A stretch of 64,000 nt of DNA from Lachnospiraceae bacterium (GCA_045646695.1 JAZRLF010000088.1:1026-65025), one strand, 5' to 3'. Counted from the first letter of the stretch, positions 18,461 to 28,747 are shown. Made by a program: numbers and translations. Notes: generated by a model not told the origin, from the sequence alone.

Positions 18461-19195
18461 TTATATTTCCACCACCTGCGCCATCACTTCCCCAAAGGAA
18501 TCATGAATCACCAGGTCGGCCTTACTGTCTCTTGGTGTCGCGTCTCTGTTAATAATAACCAGGTGCTTCCCTTTAAAATACTCTACAATATATGCTGCCG
18601 GATACACCATCAGGCTGGTGCCTGCAATAATAAGCATATCTGCACTGCGCACTGCTGCCATAGACATGTTCCAGGCCATATCAGGCAAGGACTCCTCATA
18701 CAGCGTAACATCCGGATGTATGATGCTGTGGCAGTCTCCACATAATGGTACTGCATGATTGGCCAGCAATGCTTCCAATTGCTCCAGAGAATACTCGCTG
18801 CCACACTGCTCACAATGATTGGTCATAATAGTACCATGCAGATGATATACTTCTTTGGAACCTGCCATTTCATGCAGATGGTCAATATTCTGGGTAATCA
18901 CGCAGCTAAGCTTGCCCTGTTCCTCCAGTCTGGCAAGTGCGTAATGACCTTTATTGGGCTTAATGCCCTTTAATAAGATTTTATCCTGATAAAACCTGTA
19001 AAATTCATCCGGCATCTTCTCAAAGCAACTGCGGGAAAGCATATACTCCGGCGGATACTTATATGCCTGATTGTAAAGACCATCCTTACTTCTGAAATCA
19101 GGAATACCGCTTTCCGTAGACACTCCTGCGCCCCCAAAAAATACGATGCGGTTGCTGTCAGAAATCATTTCCTTGAGTTTATTAATCTTGTCCAT
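18461..19195 (-). CDS. cobB: NAD-dependent protein deacylase (sirtuin, CobB type)
   Basis: GAGVSTESGIPDFRS, QNIDHLH, a Zn ribbon CEQC...CGDC, and GTSLMVYPA. Confidence 0.9.
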   Translation of the reverse strand: MDKINKLKEMISDSNRIVFFGGAGVSTESGIPDFRSKDGLYNQAYKYPPEYMLSRSCFEKMPDEFYRFYQDKILLKGIKPNKGHYALARLEEQGKLSCVITQNIDHLHEMAGSKEVYHLHGTIMTNHCEQCGSEYSLEQLEALLANHAVPLCGDCHSIIHPDVTLYEESLPDMAWNMSMAAVRSADMLIIAGTSLMVYPAAYIVEYFKGKHLVIINRDATPRDSKADLVIHDSFGEVMAQVVEI

Positions 19196-19288
19196 ACAAA
19201 ATCCTCTCTAAATATCATAGCATGAATGGTAGTTCGTTCCCAGTTGCATTGCTGGCCTACATAGATAGGCATAACAGACGCAAATAAA

Positions 19289-19329
19289 AATTCCTACCTC
19301 TGTATTTAGCCCGGTGCGAGGTAGGAATT
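19289..19329 (-). terminator. intrinsic terminator after metA
   Basis: Minus-strand RNA AAUUCCUACCUC-(17 nt loop)-GAGGUAGGAAUU followed by UUUUAUUU. Confidence 0.55.
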
Positions 19330-19354
19330 AATACTATCATGAGGCTAACCACAT

Positions 19355-20269
19355 TTATTTCTGATACAGGTCATATGGGGTTGCCTGATAAACATAATAA
19401 TTGAGCCAATTGGTATACAGATTGTTGCTGTGGCTTCTCCACTGCAGTCTCGGCTTCCGGATAGGGTCGTCCTCCGGATAATAATTTACCGGCTTGTCGA
19501 TTTCCAGACCCTTATTTACATCACGCATATACTCATTATGTAAGGTATAGCGGTCATATTCCGGGTGTCCCATAACAAAAATTTGACGTCCACCCTCTGT
19601 CATGCACAGGAAAATACCAGCTTCTTCTGACTCTGCCAGCACACGCAAATGTGCACAGTCGTGAATCTGCTCTGCAGACACGGTGGTGTGTCTGCTGTGA
19701 GGGGCCATAAAGTAATCATCAAATCCCCGTACCAAAGGAATCTTGCGATTGGATACCCTATGCTCAAATACACCAAACAGCTTGGCCGGCAAAAGCTCCT
19801 TCTGAATGCCGAAATGATGATACACACCGGCCTGAGCTCCCCAGCAAATATGTAAGGTACTGGTTACATTTGCCTTGGTCCAGTCCATAACCTCCACCAG
19901 TTCCTGCCAGTAGTCCACTTCCTCAAAAGCATACTGCTCTACCGGCGCGCCGGTAATAATCATGCCGTCAAACTTTTGATTCTTAAGCTCATCAAAATTA
20001 TGATAAAATTTGTTTAAATGATTTGCAGATGTATTTAAAGATACATGAGAAGACATCTTCATAAAGGTCACATCTACCTGTAACGGTGTATTAGACAGGG
20101 CACGCAAAAGCTGCAGCTCCGTATCCTCCTTCACCGGCATCAGATTCAAAATACAAATATTTAACGGACGAATGTCCTGATGCATAGCACGGAATTCATC
20201 CATTACGAATATATTTTCATGTTCTAATATACTTTTTGCAGGTAAATCGCTTTGTGTTTTGATCGGCAT
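19355..20269 (-). CDS. metA: homoserine O-acyltransferase (MetA family)
   Basis: MPIK...LNICILNLMP.K..TE.Q..R.L..TPLQV plus the active-site region ICWGAQA; 304 aa. Confidence 0.95.
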   Translation of the reverse strand: MPIKTQSDLPAKSILEHENIFVMDEFRAMHQDIRPLNICILNLMPVKEDTELQLLRALSNTPLQVDVTFMKMSSHVSLNTSANHLNKFYHNFDELKNQKFDGMIITGAPVEQYAFEEVDYWQELVEVMDWTKANVTSTLHICWGAQAGVYHHFGIQKELLPAKLFGVFEHRVSNRKIPLVRGFDDYFMAPHSRHTTVSAEQIHDCAHLRVLAESEEAGIFLCMTEGGRQIFVMGHPEYDRYTLHNEYMRDVNKGLEIDKPVNYYPEDDPIRKPRLQWRSHSNNLYTNWLNYYVYQATPYDLYQK

Positions 20270-20325
20270 TTTTTTACTCCTTGAAACGTAATTGTTATTA
20301 TTCTAACATAAAAAGCATTTCTTGG

Positions 20326-22302
20326 CTATTGGTATTTTAAATTATAATTTAAAAACTTCTCAGCAAACTCCTGCTCTGTGACGATCGGCACTCCCAATTC
20401 CTTTGCCTTTTTGTTTTTGGAAGAGGTGGAAGTTATATCATTGTTGATCAGCCAGTTGGTCTTAGCGGTCACACTGCCTGTTACTTTGCCACCCTTTGCT
20501 TCAATGGCATCCTTTAAGGCATTGCGGTTATCATAAAGCTCCAGAGAGCCGGTAATCACCACAATCTGTCCTGTCAGGGTTTGAGCTGCTGCATCTATCC
20601 GGTCTTCCTGAATATCCAGTTCCGCCAGCAGTCTTTCTACCATAGCGCGATTTGCTTCGGAGGCAAAATAATTGACAAAGGCCTGCGCAATAACATCTCC
20701 AATGCCTTCGATCTCATTTAATTGCTCTGCATCAGCCCAAGCCATGGCACTGTAATCATTCTGAAAATGTCTGCAGATCAGCTTGGCTGTAGCCAGTCCC
20801 ACTCCTGCAATACCAAGGCCGTAAATCACCTTTGGTAAAGTAGTCTGTCTGGATGCTTCTGTAGCCTTTAACAGCTTATCATAGCTCTTTTCTCCAAAGC
20901 CTTCCATAGCAATAATCTCATCCTTATATCTGTCCAGATGATACAGATCACTAAATTCATGTAAATAGCCTTTGGCAATAAATTTCTCCAGCGTTGCTTC
21001 GCTTAAACCATCGATATTTAGCCCATCACGACTGACAAACAAACTAAACAGCTTTACTTTCTTGGCTGCACAGGTATCATTGGTACAGTACAGGAATTGT
21101 CCTTCATTAATCTGTCGCACTTCGGTACTGCCTCCACATACCGGGCATACCTTAGGTATCTTTAAAGAATCGGACTGAGTCAGATTTTCTGCAATCTGCG
21201 GTATGATCATATTAGCTTTGTAAACGGTAATTTTATCTCCCAAGCCCAATTTTAAGGCACGAACAATGCTGATATTGTGTACACTGGCCCGGCTTACGGT
21301 AGTGCCCTCCAGCTCTACCGGTTCAAATATGGCTACCGGATTAATCAAGCCTGTTCTGGATGCGCTCCATTCTATTTCGAGTAAGGTCGTTTCTTTTAAT
21401 TCATCTGCCCATTTAAAGGCAATGGAGTCTCTTGGAAATTTGCTGGTCCTGCCCAGACTTTCTCCATAGGCAATATCGTCCAGGGTAAGCACCAGTCCGT
21501 CACTTGGTATATCATAGTCTTGAATCTTTTCTGCAAACCCTTCAATAGCTGCCAGTATGGTATCCTTATCCACTTTTTCATATGGAACGGTAGCAAAACC
21601 CATGCTCTGCATAAATTTCACCTGTTCTTCTCTGTATTGAAACTCCATCCCTTCACACTGTACCAGGGTAAATGCAAAGAAATTGACACTTCTTTCTGCT
21701 GTAATAGCACTATTTAACTGGCGCACAGAACCGGAACACAGGTTTCTTGGATTTTTGTATTTTAAGGTTTCATCCTCAATAGCTGCATTAATCTTCTCAA
21801 AATCACTGTAGCTGATCACAGCCTCCCCTCGAAGCACACATTTGCCCTTGTGTGGAATGGTAATGGGCACATTTTGAAAGCATCTGGCATTGGCGGTAAT
21901 AACCTCACCCACCTCACCGTTGCCTCTGGTAACGGCCTTGGTAAGCTTGCCTTCTTCATAAGTAAGCACAATGGTCAAACCGTCCAACTTCCAGCTGAGC
22001 AGCCCCTCCTTGTCCATAAGCCAGTCTCTGAGCTCTTCCCGCACCTTGGTCTTGGCAAGGGAAAGCATGGGCTTGTCATGTGCCTCCTTTGGTAATTCAT
22101 CTACCGCAGCATAGCCTACCGTCTGTGTAGGACTGCCGGCCAGAATAATACCTGTCTCTTCCTCTAACTGTACCAACTCATCGTATAAACTGTCATACTC
22201 CAGATTGGACATAATTTCTATGTCCTTGGCATAATAAGCTTCTGCTGCCTCTTTTAATATACGATTTAATTCTTTCATTCGATTTAATTGATTATTTTCC
22301 AT
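20326..22302 (-). CDS. ligA: NAD-dependent DNA ligase
   Basis: Adenylation motif WKLDGL (KxDG), OB fold, Zn finger CPVCGG...C, HhH repeats and a C-terminal BRCT. The likely ATG at 22302 lies 1 nt from the stop of the upstream gene. Confidence 0.97.
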   Translation of the reverse strand: MENNQLNRMKELNRILKEAAEAYYAKDIEIMSNLEYDSLYDELVQLEEETGIILAGSPTQTVGYAAVDELPKEAHDKPMLSLAKTKVREELRDWLMDKEGLLSWKLDGLTIVLTYEEGKLTKAVTRGNGEVGEVITANARCFQNVPITIPHKGKCVLRGEAVISYSDFEKINAAIEDETLKYKNPRNLCSGSVRQLNSAITAERSVNFFAFTLVQCEGMEFQYREEQVKFMQSMGFATVPYEKVDKDTILAAIEGFAEKIQDYDIPSDGLVLTLDDIAYGESLGRTSKFPRDSIAFKWADELKETTLLEIEWSASRTGLINPVAIFEPVELEGTTVSRASVHNISIVRALKLGLGDKITVYKANMIIPQIAENLTQSDSLKIPKVCPVCGGSTEVRQINEGQFLYCTNDTCAAKKVKLFSLFVSRDGLNIDGLSEATLEKFIAKGYLHEFSDLYHLDRYKDEIIAMEGFGEKSYDKLLKATEASRQTTLPKVIYGLGIAGVGLATAKLICRHFQNDYSAMAWADAEQLNEIEGIGDVIAQAFVNYFASEANRAMVERLLAELDIQEDRIDAAAQTLTGQIVVITGSLELYDNRNALKDAIEAKGGKVTGSVTAKTNWLINNDITSTSSKNKKAKELGVPIVTEQEFAEKFLNYNLKYQ

Positions 22303-22303
22303 G

Positions 22304-23035
22304 TCACTTATCACTCTTTCTGATAACTTTGCACATCTCATACAGCTTCTTTAATTCCTCACCGGTAATCTCCCGGTATTCTCCGGGCTTTAGGCTTCCC
22401 AGCTCAATATTGACCACACGGACTCTTTTTAGAGTCTTCACCTGATAACCCAGGCTCTCGCACATACGTCGTATCTGACGGTTCAATCCTTGGGTCAACA
22501 CAATCCGAAAGGTATACTTGCCTTCTATAGTTATCCTACAGGGCCTTGTGGTTCTGTCCAGTTCTGCCAAATAAATCCCCTGCTCCATGGCCGCCTGAAA
22601 ATCTGCCGACAGTTCCTTATCCACCTTGACCACGTATTCCTTCTCATGACCGCCTGACCCCCGCATCATATTGTGAATCAGATTGCCGTCATTAGTCATA
22701 ATCAAAAGGCCCTCGCTGTCCTTGTCCAATCTGCCGGCATAGGTAACCCGCACCGGATACCGGAACACATCCCCTATCTTACGCTTTGCATGGGGATCCT
22801 TCTCCGTACACGTGACACCCACAGGCTTATACCAGGCAAGAACCACCTTATCCGCCTCATTTCGCAGCTGCTTGGCACCGATAGTCACTTTATCCCCAGG
22901 CAGCACCAATTGGCCCATTTGAGCCTTTATGCCGTTAATATAGACCTGTCCGGCCTCAATATATCTGTCAGCCTCTCTGCGGGAGCATAGTCCCGCCTGA
23001 GCCATATATTTGTTAAGTCTTGTTCCTTCTGCCAT
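22304..23035 (-). CDS. pseudouridine synthase, RsuA/RluB/RluE family, with N-terminal S4 domain
   Basis: RLNKYMAQAGLCSRREADRYIEAGQVYING (S4 domain) and the catalytic GRLDKDSEGLLIMTNDG. Confidence 0.85.
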   Translation of the reverse strand: MAEGTRLNKYMAQAGLCSRREADRYIEAGQVYINGIKAQMGQLVLPGDKVTIGAKQLRNEADKVVLAWYKPVGVTCTEKDPHAKRKIGDVFRYPVRVTYAGRLDKDSEGLLIMTNDGNLIHNMMRGSGGHEKEYVVKVDKELSADFQAAMEQGIYLAELDRTTRPCRITIEGKYTFRIVLTQGLNRQIRRMCESLGYQVKTLKRVRVVNIELGSLKPGEYREITGEELKKLYEMCKVIRKSDK

Positions 23036-23200
23036 AATTTCCTCGCATGTGTATATATTGCTGGGGGATACGGTTTATGGTATCCCATTCCTTTTTCTCA
23101 TTTATAGCTTTCCGTTTCATTATGTAAATACTTTTGTATTTAGAATCAGAAGTATACTTAAAATACTAACTTAAAATGTAAAAAATGTCAACGTTCCCCA

Positions 23201-23290
23201 GACTTCTTGCCACTACGTTTTAGACCTCTTACCACTACTCTTTGGACCTCTTACCACTACTCTTTGGACCTCTTGCCACTGCGCTTCTTT
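23201..23290. repeat. four tandem 22-bp direct repeats in an intergenic region
   Basis: GACTTCTTGCCACTACGTTTTA / GACCTCTTACCACTACTCTTTG (two copies, identical) / GACCTCTTGCCACTGCGCTTCT. Confidence 0.85.
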
Positions 23291-23296
23291 AACGAA

Positions 23297-23734
23297 CTAC
23301 AAATACCCCCTCATCCTGCTGATATACTGCTCCTCCATAGCCATCACTTCCATAGCCAGCTCCTTTACACCGGCATTTGCATACTTATTGTGATTCAGAG
23401 CCTTTACTATATCTGTAATACCTCGATTTGCTCCTTGAATCATCATTTCTGCCATATGACTGGTGGACTGATTCATAAAAGTCTGTACCCAGACGCTGCC
23501 TCTAAGCAACACATTTTTACCGGCAGCATCCTTATAGAGTCTATCCTCTGCTTCCTTTAGACCATTTGTAGCCTTTTCATAATATTTCCCATATGTCATA
23601 GACTGCTTTGCCAGTTCCCTGGCAAATTCTTCCTGCTTTACTCTCGGCATAAGTGCGTCAATTACTTCCATAGCCATATGTGTATTTTTCTGAATTTCCC
23701 GTAAAACTACCTGATCCTGATTGTGCATTCCCAT
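23297..23734 (-). CDS. hypothetical protein (predicted all-helical, cytoplasmic)
   Basis: 145-aa ORF with an SD (AAGGGGAG) before the start. No family recognised. Confidence 0.5.
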   Translation of the reverse strand: MGMHNQDQVVLREIQKNTHMAMEVIDALMPRVKQEEFARELAKQSMTYGKYYEKATNGLKEAEDRLYKDAAGKNVLLRGSVWVQTFMNQSTSHMAEMMIQGANRGITDIVKALNHNKYANAGVKELAMEVMAMEEQYISRMRGYL

Positions 23735-23851
23735 CTTCTCCCCTTATATATCGTTCTTGCATAGAAAATAATATTTTCCCGAGTCATAATAAAAGAGAGA
23801 TACTTTTCAGTATCCCTCCATAGTTTGTACATTATTCAAAAAATCATACAT

Positions 23852-25012
23852 TTATTGCTTGTCTAAATATTCACTTTTTACGTATCCGACCTTGCCTTCG
23901 TAAATAATCTTACTCCAGCCGTCCTCTACATCTGCAATCCACTCAATGGTAGCACCTTTCAGTACCTGTCCGATACGACTGGATGAAGTACTTGCTTCAG
24001 AACGAACATTCACGGTAGTATTAGCAATAGCTGTACCGTTTGCTACATTTTCACCGGCACCTGCTTCATCCGGCTCTTCAATCACCTGTAAATAATCAGT
24101 CTTCAGGTAAGCTTCCTTACCTTGATAATTAATCTTGGCCCAACCATTTACACGAATTTCAATTACGTCAATTGTAGTGCCTCTGGCAATACTTCCCAGC
24201 TTATCAGCTGTCTCACTGTCAGAAGAACGTACATTAATAGTCTCTGTAGTAACAGCCTGACATGCAGCATGCAAAATAGTCGGATCCTCGTTTACAGGCT
24301 CAGTCTCACTGACAGCCTCTTGCTCTGCTGCAATGCTGGCCAAAGCAGTACCTACTGCAACACGGATTTCATTCTGCATAACTTCCATATAAGTACGAAC
24401 CTGCTCATCGCTCTCTAAAAGTGCCTGATATTCCGTATCAATAGCAGTCATCAGACTGATAACACTTTCATCAGCATTAATGGCATCGATATAAATCTGT
24501 TCTTCCTCTGTAAGGGTGCCTTCATTAAAATAATAATTACCTGTTTCATCTGTACACACATAGAAACAATATATTCCCGGAACTAGAATATCAACTCCCG
24601 GAAACTGGGCTCTCACCGCTGCATATACGATGTAGCTGCCTTCTGTAGGACCTATCTTGGTGAAAACATTGTATTCAGGAAATGCATCGATATACTTACC
24701 AAGCTCTGTTACACGGATACGCTGGATGTCTGTCATATTGTTGGTAATGGAATGAATCGTATCTACATCGCCCTCTGCCAATGCATTTAAGTATGTTACA
24801 ACCAAGCTATTAATCGGCTCATACAAGTCGGCTTCTAACGGATTATCTGAACTAATGGCAGATACCGTTTCTTCCGTTGTAGCCACTGTTTCTGATACTT
24901 CTTCGTTAGCAGCAACAGCATCTTCCCTGGTCATTAATGTGTTTGCAACCAGAACCGCTACAACCACTACGACACATATCGGAATCAATACTTTTAAATT
25001 AATAAACTTCAT
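23852..25012 (-). CDS. membrane-anchored protein with two C-terminal SH3b (SH3_3) domains
   Basis: N-terminal TM MKFINLKVLIPICVVVVVAVLVANTL, and two repeats of the type (I/V)NVRS...G..I...GW(A/S)KI.Y.GK..Y(L/V)K..YL. The start was moved to ATG 25012 because the longer ORF overlaps the tRNA. Confidence 0.65.
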   Translation of the reverse strand: MKFINLKVLIPICVVVVVAVLVANTLMTREDAVAANEEVSETVATTEETVSAISSDNPLEADLYEPINSLVVTYLNALAEGDVDTIHSITNNMTDIQRIRVTELGKYIDAFPEYNVFTKIGPTEGSYIVYAAVRAQFPGVDILVPGIYCFYVCTDETGNYYFNEGTLTEEEQIYIDAINADESVISLMTAIDTEYQALLESDEQVRTYMEVMQNEIRVAVGTALASIAAEQEAVSETEPVNEDPTILHAACQAVTTETINVRSSDSETADKLGSIARGTTIDVIEIRVNGWAKINYQGKEAYLKTDYLQVIEEPDEAGAGENVANGTAIANTTVNVRSEASTSSSRIGQVLKGATIEWIADVEDGWSKIIYEGKVGYVKSEYLDKQ

Positions 25013-25051
25013 TTTAACCTCGCTATCTAAAAAGCTGCAAAGGCGGCGAAA

Positions 25052-25123
25052 TGTGTCCGACAGGAATCGAACCTGCATTAAAGGCGTCGGAGGCCTCCGT
25101 TCTATCCATTAGACTACGGACAC
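25052..25123 (-). tRNA. tRNA-Arg (anticodon CCG)
   Basis: The minus strand GUGUCCG-UA-GUCU..AGAAC-G-GAGGC-CUCCGAC-GCCUU-UAAU-GCAGG-UUCGAUU-CCUGU-CGGACAC-A folds as a cloverleaf by hand. The T-loop is GGUUCGAUUCC, the anticodon loop is CU-CCG-AC, and no CCA is encoded. Confidence 0.85.
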
Positions 25124-25190
25124 AAAACTGTAATATATTACGAAATTATTACGCCACCTTTGCTATAATAGCACAGGCTTTTAAAAAAGT

Positions 25191-26105
25191 CTAGTCATTT
25201 TTGTCAATTCTATGCTCATAAATATAAATTTTTTGTAAATCAACTGAGTAATAATAAATATTATTGGAAAGAACTTCCTCTTCCAGCACCTCACTTTCAT
25301 TCACTTCCCGGACCATTGTAAACAAAAGGTCCCTTTCCGGAATCTGTGCTGCAGGTATCACAATCCACTCATGCACAGAAGACGGAATCAAATAAAAATC
25401 CTCTTTTATCTTCTCTCTGACTGCATCAAGCGCCTCCGGAAAATAAATCTGTATAGCTCCCCAATACTTCTCTGTATTAGTAAGCACATACATCTCCTGC
25501 CCGGAACAACTCATAAATTCCTTCTCTTCATTACCGCAAAAACTGTCTAATACCTCCGTCATATGGCATAACATCGTCCTCTTAGCTTCCTTCGTATGCT
25601 TTATGGCATACTCCAACAACGCTTCCTCCGACACATCCCAATAGGACAAGTAGGTATTTTTGATCAAAACACTGCCCTTGTAAAGCTGTTCCCCATTCAC
25701 TTCAAAATAAGCTACAATTGCAAAATCAAGAAATACCCTATGGGGAACCTCCTCCAGAAGTTTGCGGTTTTCCTCAATATGAATCAACTTACAAAAAATA
25801 TACTCCTTAGCAGTCTCATACTGCTGCAACAATTGTACACACTCCGGCACATCACCGGTTTCTTCTATATAACAACAGTATAGCTCTTCTGCCAATTCTT
25901 CTACGGAATAGCCCTTTTGGAAGCTTTTATAAAATGGCTCCAAATATATGGTGGGCGCATAATTTACTCCTTCATGCTCAAACATAATACCATGTCGCAT
26001 ACAACTGTTCAGTTTCTCAACAGCTACCGGCTTAGCGGTAATATTCTTTGGTACAATGCCCTGTAAGGCTTCTAAAATTGCTTCTCTAAATTCGGTATAG
26101 TTCAT
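25191..26105 (-). CDS. hypothetical protein, resembles DUF5688-type proteins common in Lachnospiraceae
   Basis: Start MNYTEFREAILEALQGIVPKN... The family assignment is from memory of similar N-termini and is not verified. Confidence 0.55.
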   Translation of the reverse strand: MNYTEFREAILEALQGIVPKNITAKPVAVEKLNSCMRHGIMFEHEGVNYAPTIYLEPFYKSFQKGYSVEELAEELYCCYIEETGDVPECVQLLQQYETAKEYIFCKLIHIEENRKLLEEVPHRVFLDFAIVAYFEVNGEQLYKGSVLIKNTYLSYWDVSEEALLEYAIKHTKEAKRTMLCHMTEVLDSFCGNEEKEFMSCSGQEMYVLTNTEKYWGAIQIYFPEALDAVREKIKEDFYLIPSSVHEWIVIPAAQIPERDLLFTMVREVNESEVLEEEVLSNNIYYYSVDLQKIYIYEHRIDKND

Positions 26106-26229
26106 AAATAGATTCCTTTCAAGAATATAAAATATAATTCTCTCATACAAATCTATCCGGAATTTGTCACAAACATCCTTTTGAAGCTATTATCATTACA
26201 TAGGAAAAAGTACTTTTCCATGAAACAAT

Positions 26230-26262
26230 AAACACCACGCAGTACTCCCCTGCATGGTGTTA
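26230..26262 (-). terminator. intrinsic terminator after efp
   Basis: Minus-strand RNA ACACCAUGCA-ggggagua-CUGCGUGGUGU followed by UUAUUGUUU. Confidence 0.5.
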
Positions 26263-26302
26263 TCATTTGTAAAAGCTATAAATATGAAATTACCAGAACT
26301 TA

Positions 26303-26860
26303 TTATACTCTGGACAGATATTCACCTGTACGGGTATCAATCTTAATAACATCACCGATTTCAACGAATAATGGAACCAATACAGTTGCGCCTGTTTCAA
26401 CAGTAGCAGGCTTAGTAGCACCTGTAGCAGTATCACCCTTGAAGCCCGGCTCAGTCTCAGTAATAGCTAATTCAACGAAAGTAGGTGGCTCTACAGCAAA
26501 TACATTACCATTGTGAGAGCAGATTCTACATACTTCATTTTCCTTAACAAACTTTAATGCATCACCGATAGCATCAGCATTTAAAGCGATCTGATCATAG
26601 GTTTCCATATCCATAAAGTTGAATAAATCACCGTCAGCAAATAAGTACTGCATATCTTTTCTGTCAATACGTGCCTGTGGACACTTTTCAGTTGGTCTGA
26701 AAGTCTTTTCAACTACACCGCCACTGATAATGTTTTTCAACTTTGTTCTTACGAATGCAGCGCCCTTACCCGGCTTAACATGCTGGAACTCGATGATCTG
26801 ATAAATATTATTTTCATATTCGATGGTAACACCATTTCTGAAATCACCTGCAGAAATCAT
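26303..26860 (-). CDS. efp: elongation factor P
   Basis: [43 protein letters not shown]...; 185 aa. Confidence 0.97.
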   Translation of the reverse strand: MISAGDFRNGVTIEYENNIYQIIEFQHVKPGKGAAFVRTKLKNIISGGVVEKTFRPTEKCPQARIDRKDMQYLFADGDLFNFMDMETYDQIALNADAIGDALKFVKENEVCRICSHNGNVFAVEPPTFVELAITETEPGFKGDTATGATKPATVETGATVLVPLFVEIGDVIKIDTRTGEYLSRV

Positions 26861-26926
26861 AAAAAATCCTCCTAAATGTATATAACGATATTCCTTTGCT
26901 TATTTTACATGATTCGTTTCAATTTT

Positions 26927-27370
26927 TCAACTGTTTTTTTCAATTTGTGCCAAACAAAAGTCAATTGCTTCTAAATATCCCTGTAAACCCTTGCCATAAA
27001 TCTGGTGATCGCACACTTCACAGGTCACAGAAACCTGTCGGAATGCCTCTCTTTTGGTAATATCAGATATATGGATCTCTACCTTAGGAACAGTGATGCT
27101 GGCCAATGCATCTCTGATCGCATAACTGTAATGGGTGTACGCTCCCGGATTAATGATCAAAGCATCCGTTCCGTCAAAGTAAGACTCCTGAATACGATCA
27201 ATAATGCCGCCTTCATAATTACTCTGAAAAACCTCAATATCAGCTCCGATCTCATTGCCTTTTTCAGCAATTATTTTTTGTAAATATGCATAATCCTGAT
27301 TGCCGTATACACTTTTTTCTCGAATCCCGAGAAAATTTAAATTAGGTCCGTTAATGACTAAAATCTTCAT
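26927..27370 (-). CDS. aroQ: type II 3-dehydroquinate dehydratase
   Basis: MKILVINGPNLNFLGIRE..YG...QSN.EG..ID.I...INPGAYTHYS.A..DA. Confidence 0.95.
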   Translation of the reverse strand: MKILVINGPNLNFLGIREKSVYGNQDYAYLQKIIAEKGNEIGADIEVFQSNYEGGIIDRIQESYFDGTDALIINPGAYTHYSYAIRDALASITVPKVEIHISDITKREAFRQVSVTCEVCDHQIYGKGLQGYLEAIDFCLAQIEKNS

Positions 27371-27875
27371 TGCTTACTGCCTCCACTATCTCCTGGACTA
27401 TGTCCTTCATATTCTTACCATCCACGCAGACGATCACATCCGCCACACTCTCATAAATAGCATCTCTCTCCTTCAGCAATTGCTCAATGCGAGCTTTTGG
27501 ATTTTCACATTGTAAAAGAGGTCTTTTGGTATCATGCTTCACTCTTTCATAAATCGTATCCGGAGAAGCCTTTAAATAAATAACCTTACCCAAAGTCTTG
27601 ATAATCCCCTGATTTTCTTCCCGGATAGGAGTGCCTCCGCCCAATGAAACAATCCTGCTGCCCAGTTCCCCGGACAATCTGCTCAAATACTCCGTTTCCT
27701 TTTGACGAAAATAAGCTTCTCCCTTTTGTGCAAACATCTCTGAAATGGACATGCCCTCTTTTTGCTCTATTAACTTGTCGGTATCAATCAGACACTTTTT
27801 CAGTCGGTAGCTCAATCTATAGCCAATGGTAGATTTACCGCTGCCCATAAACCCTATCAGTATTACGTGTTTCAT
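27351..27875 (-). CDS. aroK: shikimate kinase
   Basis: P-loop GFMGSGKSTIG, a DTD motif and GGG; 174 aa. It overlaps aroQ by 20 nt. Confidence 0.9.
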   Translation of the reverse strand: MKHVILIGFMGSGKSTIGYRLSYRLKKCLIDTDKLIEQKEGMSISEMFAQKGEAYFRQKETEYLSRLSGELGSRIVSLGGGTPIREENQGIIKTLGKVIYLKASPDTIYERVKHDTKRPLLQCENPKARIEQLLKERDAIYESVADVIVCVDGKNMKDIVQEIVEAVSNEDFSH

Positions 27876-27877
27876 AA

Positions 27878-28747
27878 TTATAAACCTAAAGCCTCTCTCA
27901 GCCTGTCCAAAATATGTGTTGCCACAGATTCTGAAACAGATATATCATTCCATAATTCATAAGCAATAATGCCTTGGTACAGTAACATTTTCAGCCCGTT
28001 AAAAGCTTGTCCTCCATGAGCCTTTACCAGCTTCATAAATTTGGTTTCGTATGGATTGTAAATCAAATCATATCCCGTATGTATCAGTTCGTAAAAACCT
28101 GCGTCTTCCATTACTGTATCCTCTACATGAGGATGCAGCCCCACACTGGTAGCCTGTATACACAAATACTTTTGTCCTGCCAGATTAGAATAATCCCGAA
28201 GCTCCATCGCTGTAGCAAAGCTTCGTCCCGCCAATGCATTGACTTCCTCTGAAATGGCCTGTGCCTTTTGCAAGGTTCTGTTTAGGATATAAACATGGTC
28301 TGCACCTTTGTCCAAAGCCAGCATGGCAACACTCCTGGCTGCTCCTCCTGCTCCCAGGATAATGATCTGCTCCCCTTCTATCGACACACCATCACTTAGC
28401 ATTCCACGATACAATCCCGGAATATCCGTATTATACCCCTTAAAACCGCCCTCTATAGGGACCAGGGTATTCACGGCACCTATTTGCTTGGCAAATCCAT
28501 CAATCTCTTTGATGTATTGGATCACCTCTGTCTTATGGGGCACAGTCACATTCATTCCGGCGAAATGAAGCGCCGCTGCACCTCTGACAGCTCCTTCCAA
28601 ATCTGTATCTACTAAATATGGTGTATAAACCACATTATGACCGAAAACCTTGGCCAATTCATTATGAATAACCGGTGACAGGGTATGCTCCACCGGATTA
28701 CCGATAACCGCCAGCGTTTTGGTCCGTCCGTTAATGTTTATTTCCAC
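27878..28747 (-). CDS. aroE: shikimate dehydrogenase
   Basis: GNPVEHTLSP.IHN, NVTVPHK, NT(D), GAGGAAR. Confidence 0.9.
   Translation of the reverse strand: MEININGRTKTLAVIGNPVEHTLSPVIHNELAKVFGHNVVYTPYLVDTDLEGAVRGAAALHFAGMNVTVPHKTEVIQYIKEIDGFAKQIGAVNTLVPIEGGFKGYNTDIPGLYRGMLSDGVSIEGEQIIILGAGGAARSVAMLALDKGADHVYILNRTLQKAQAISEEVNALAGRSFATAMELRDYSNLAGQKYLCIQATSVGLHPHVEDTVMEDAGFYELIHTGYDLIYNPYETKFMKLVKAHGGQAFNGLKMLLYQGIIAYELWNDISVSESVATHILDRLREALGL

Noticed and set aside
18461-19195. Sir2-domain protein next to the Rpn nuclease considered as a SIR2-type defence effector
   Set aside because: It is a short canonical sirtuin (GAGVSTESGIPDFRS, Zn ribbon, 244 aa) without extra sensor or effector domains or partner genes. 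This is consistent with the housekeeping CobB deacylase.
23201-23290. 22-bp tandem repeats considered as plasmid-type iterons or a replication origin
   Set aside because: There is no rep, dnaA or par gene, no DnaA-box cluster and no AT-rich unwinding element that I can link to them. The context is chromosomal housekeeping. They are reported only as an unexplained repeat.
23207-23560. 117-aa plus-strand ORF starting in the 22-bp repeat array
   Set aside because: Its N-terminus is just the translation of the tandem repeats (PLRFRPLTTTLWTSYHYSLDLLPLRF), and the rest is antisense to the better-supported 23297-23734 ORF.
25013-25078. N-terminal extension of the SH3-domain ORF (track start 25078)
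   Set aside because: The extension overlaps the tRNA-Arg gene (25052-25123) on the same strand. An ATG with an SD-like sequence at 25012 gives a normal signal-anchor N-terminus.
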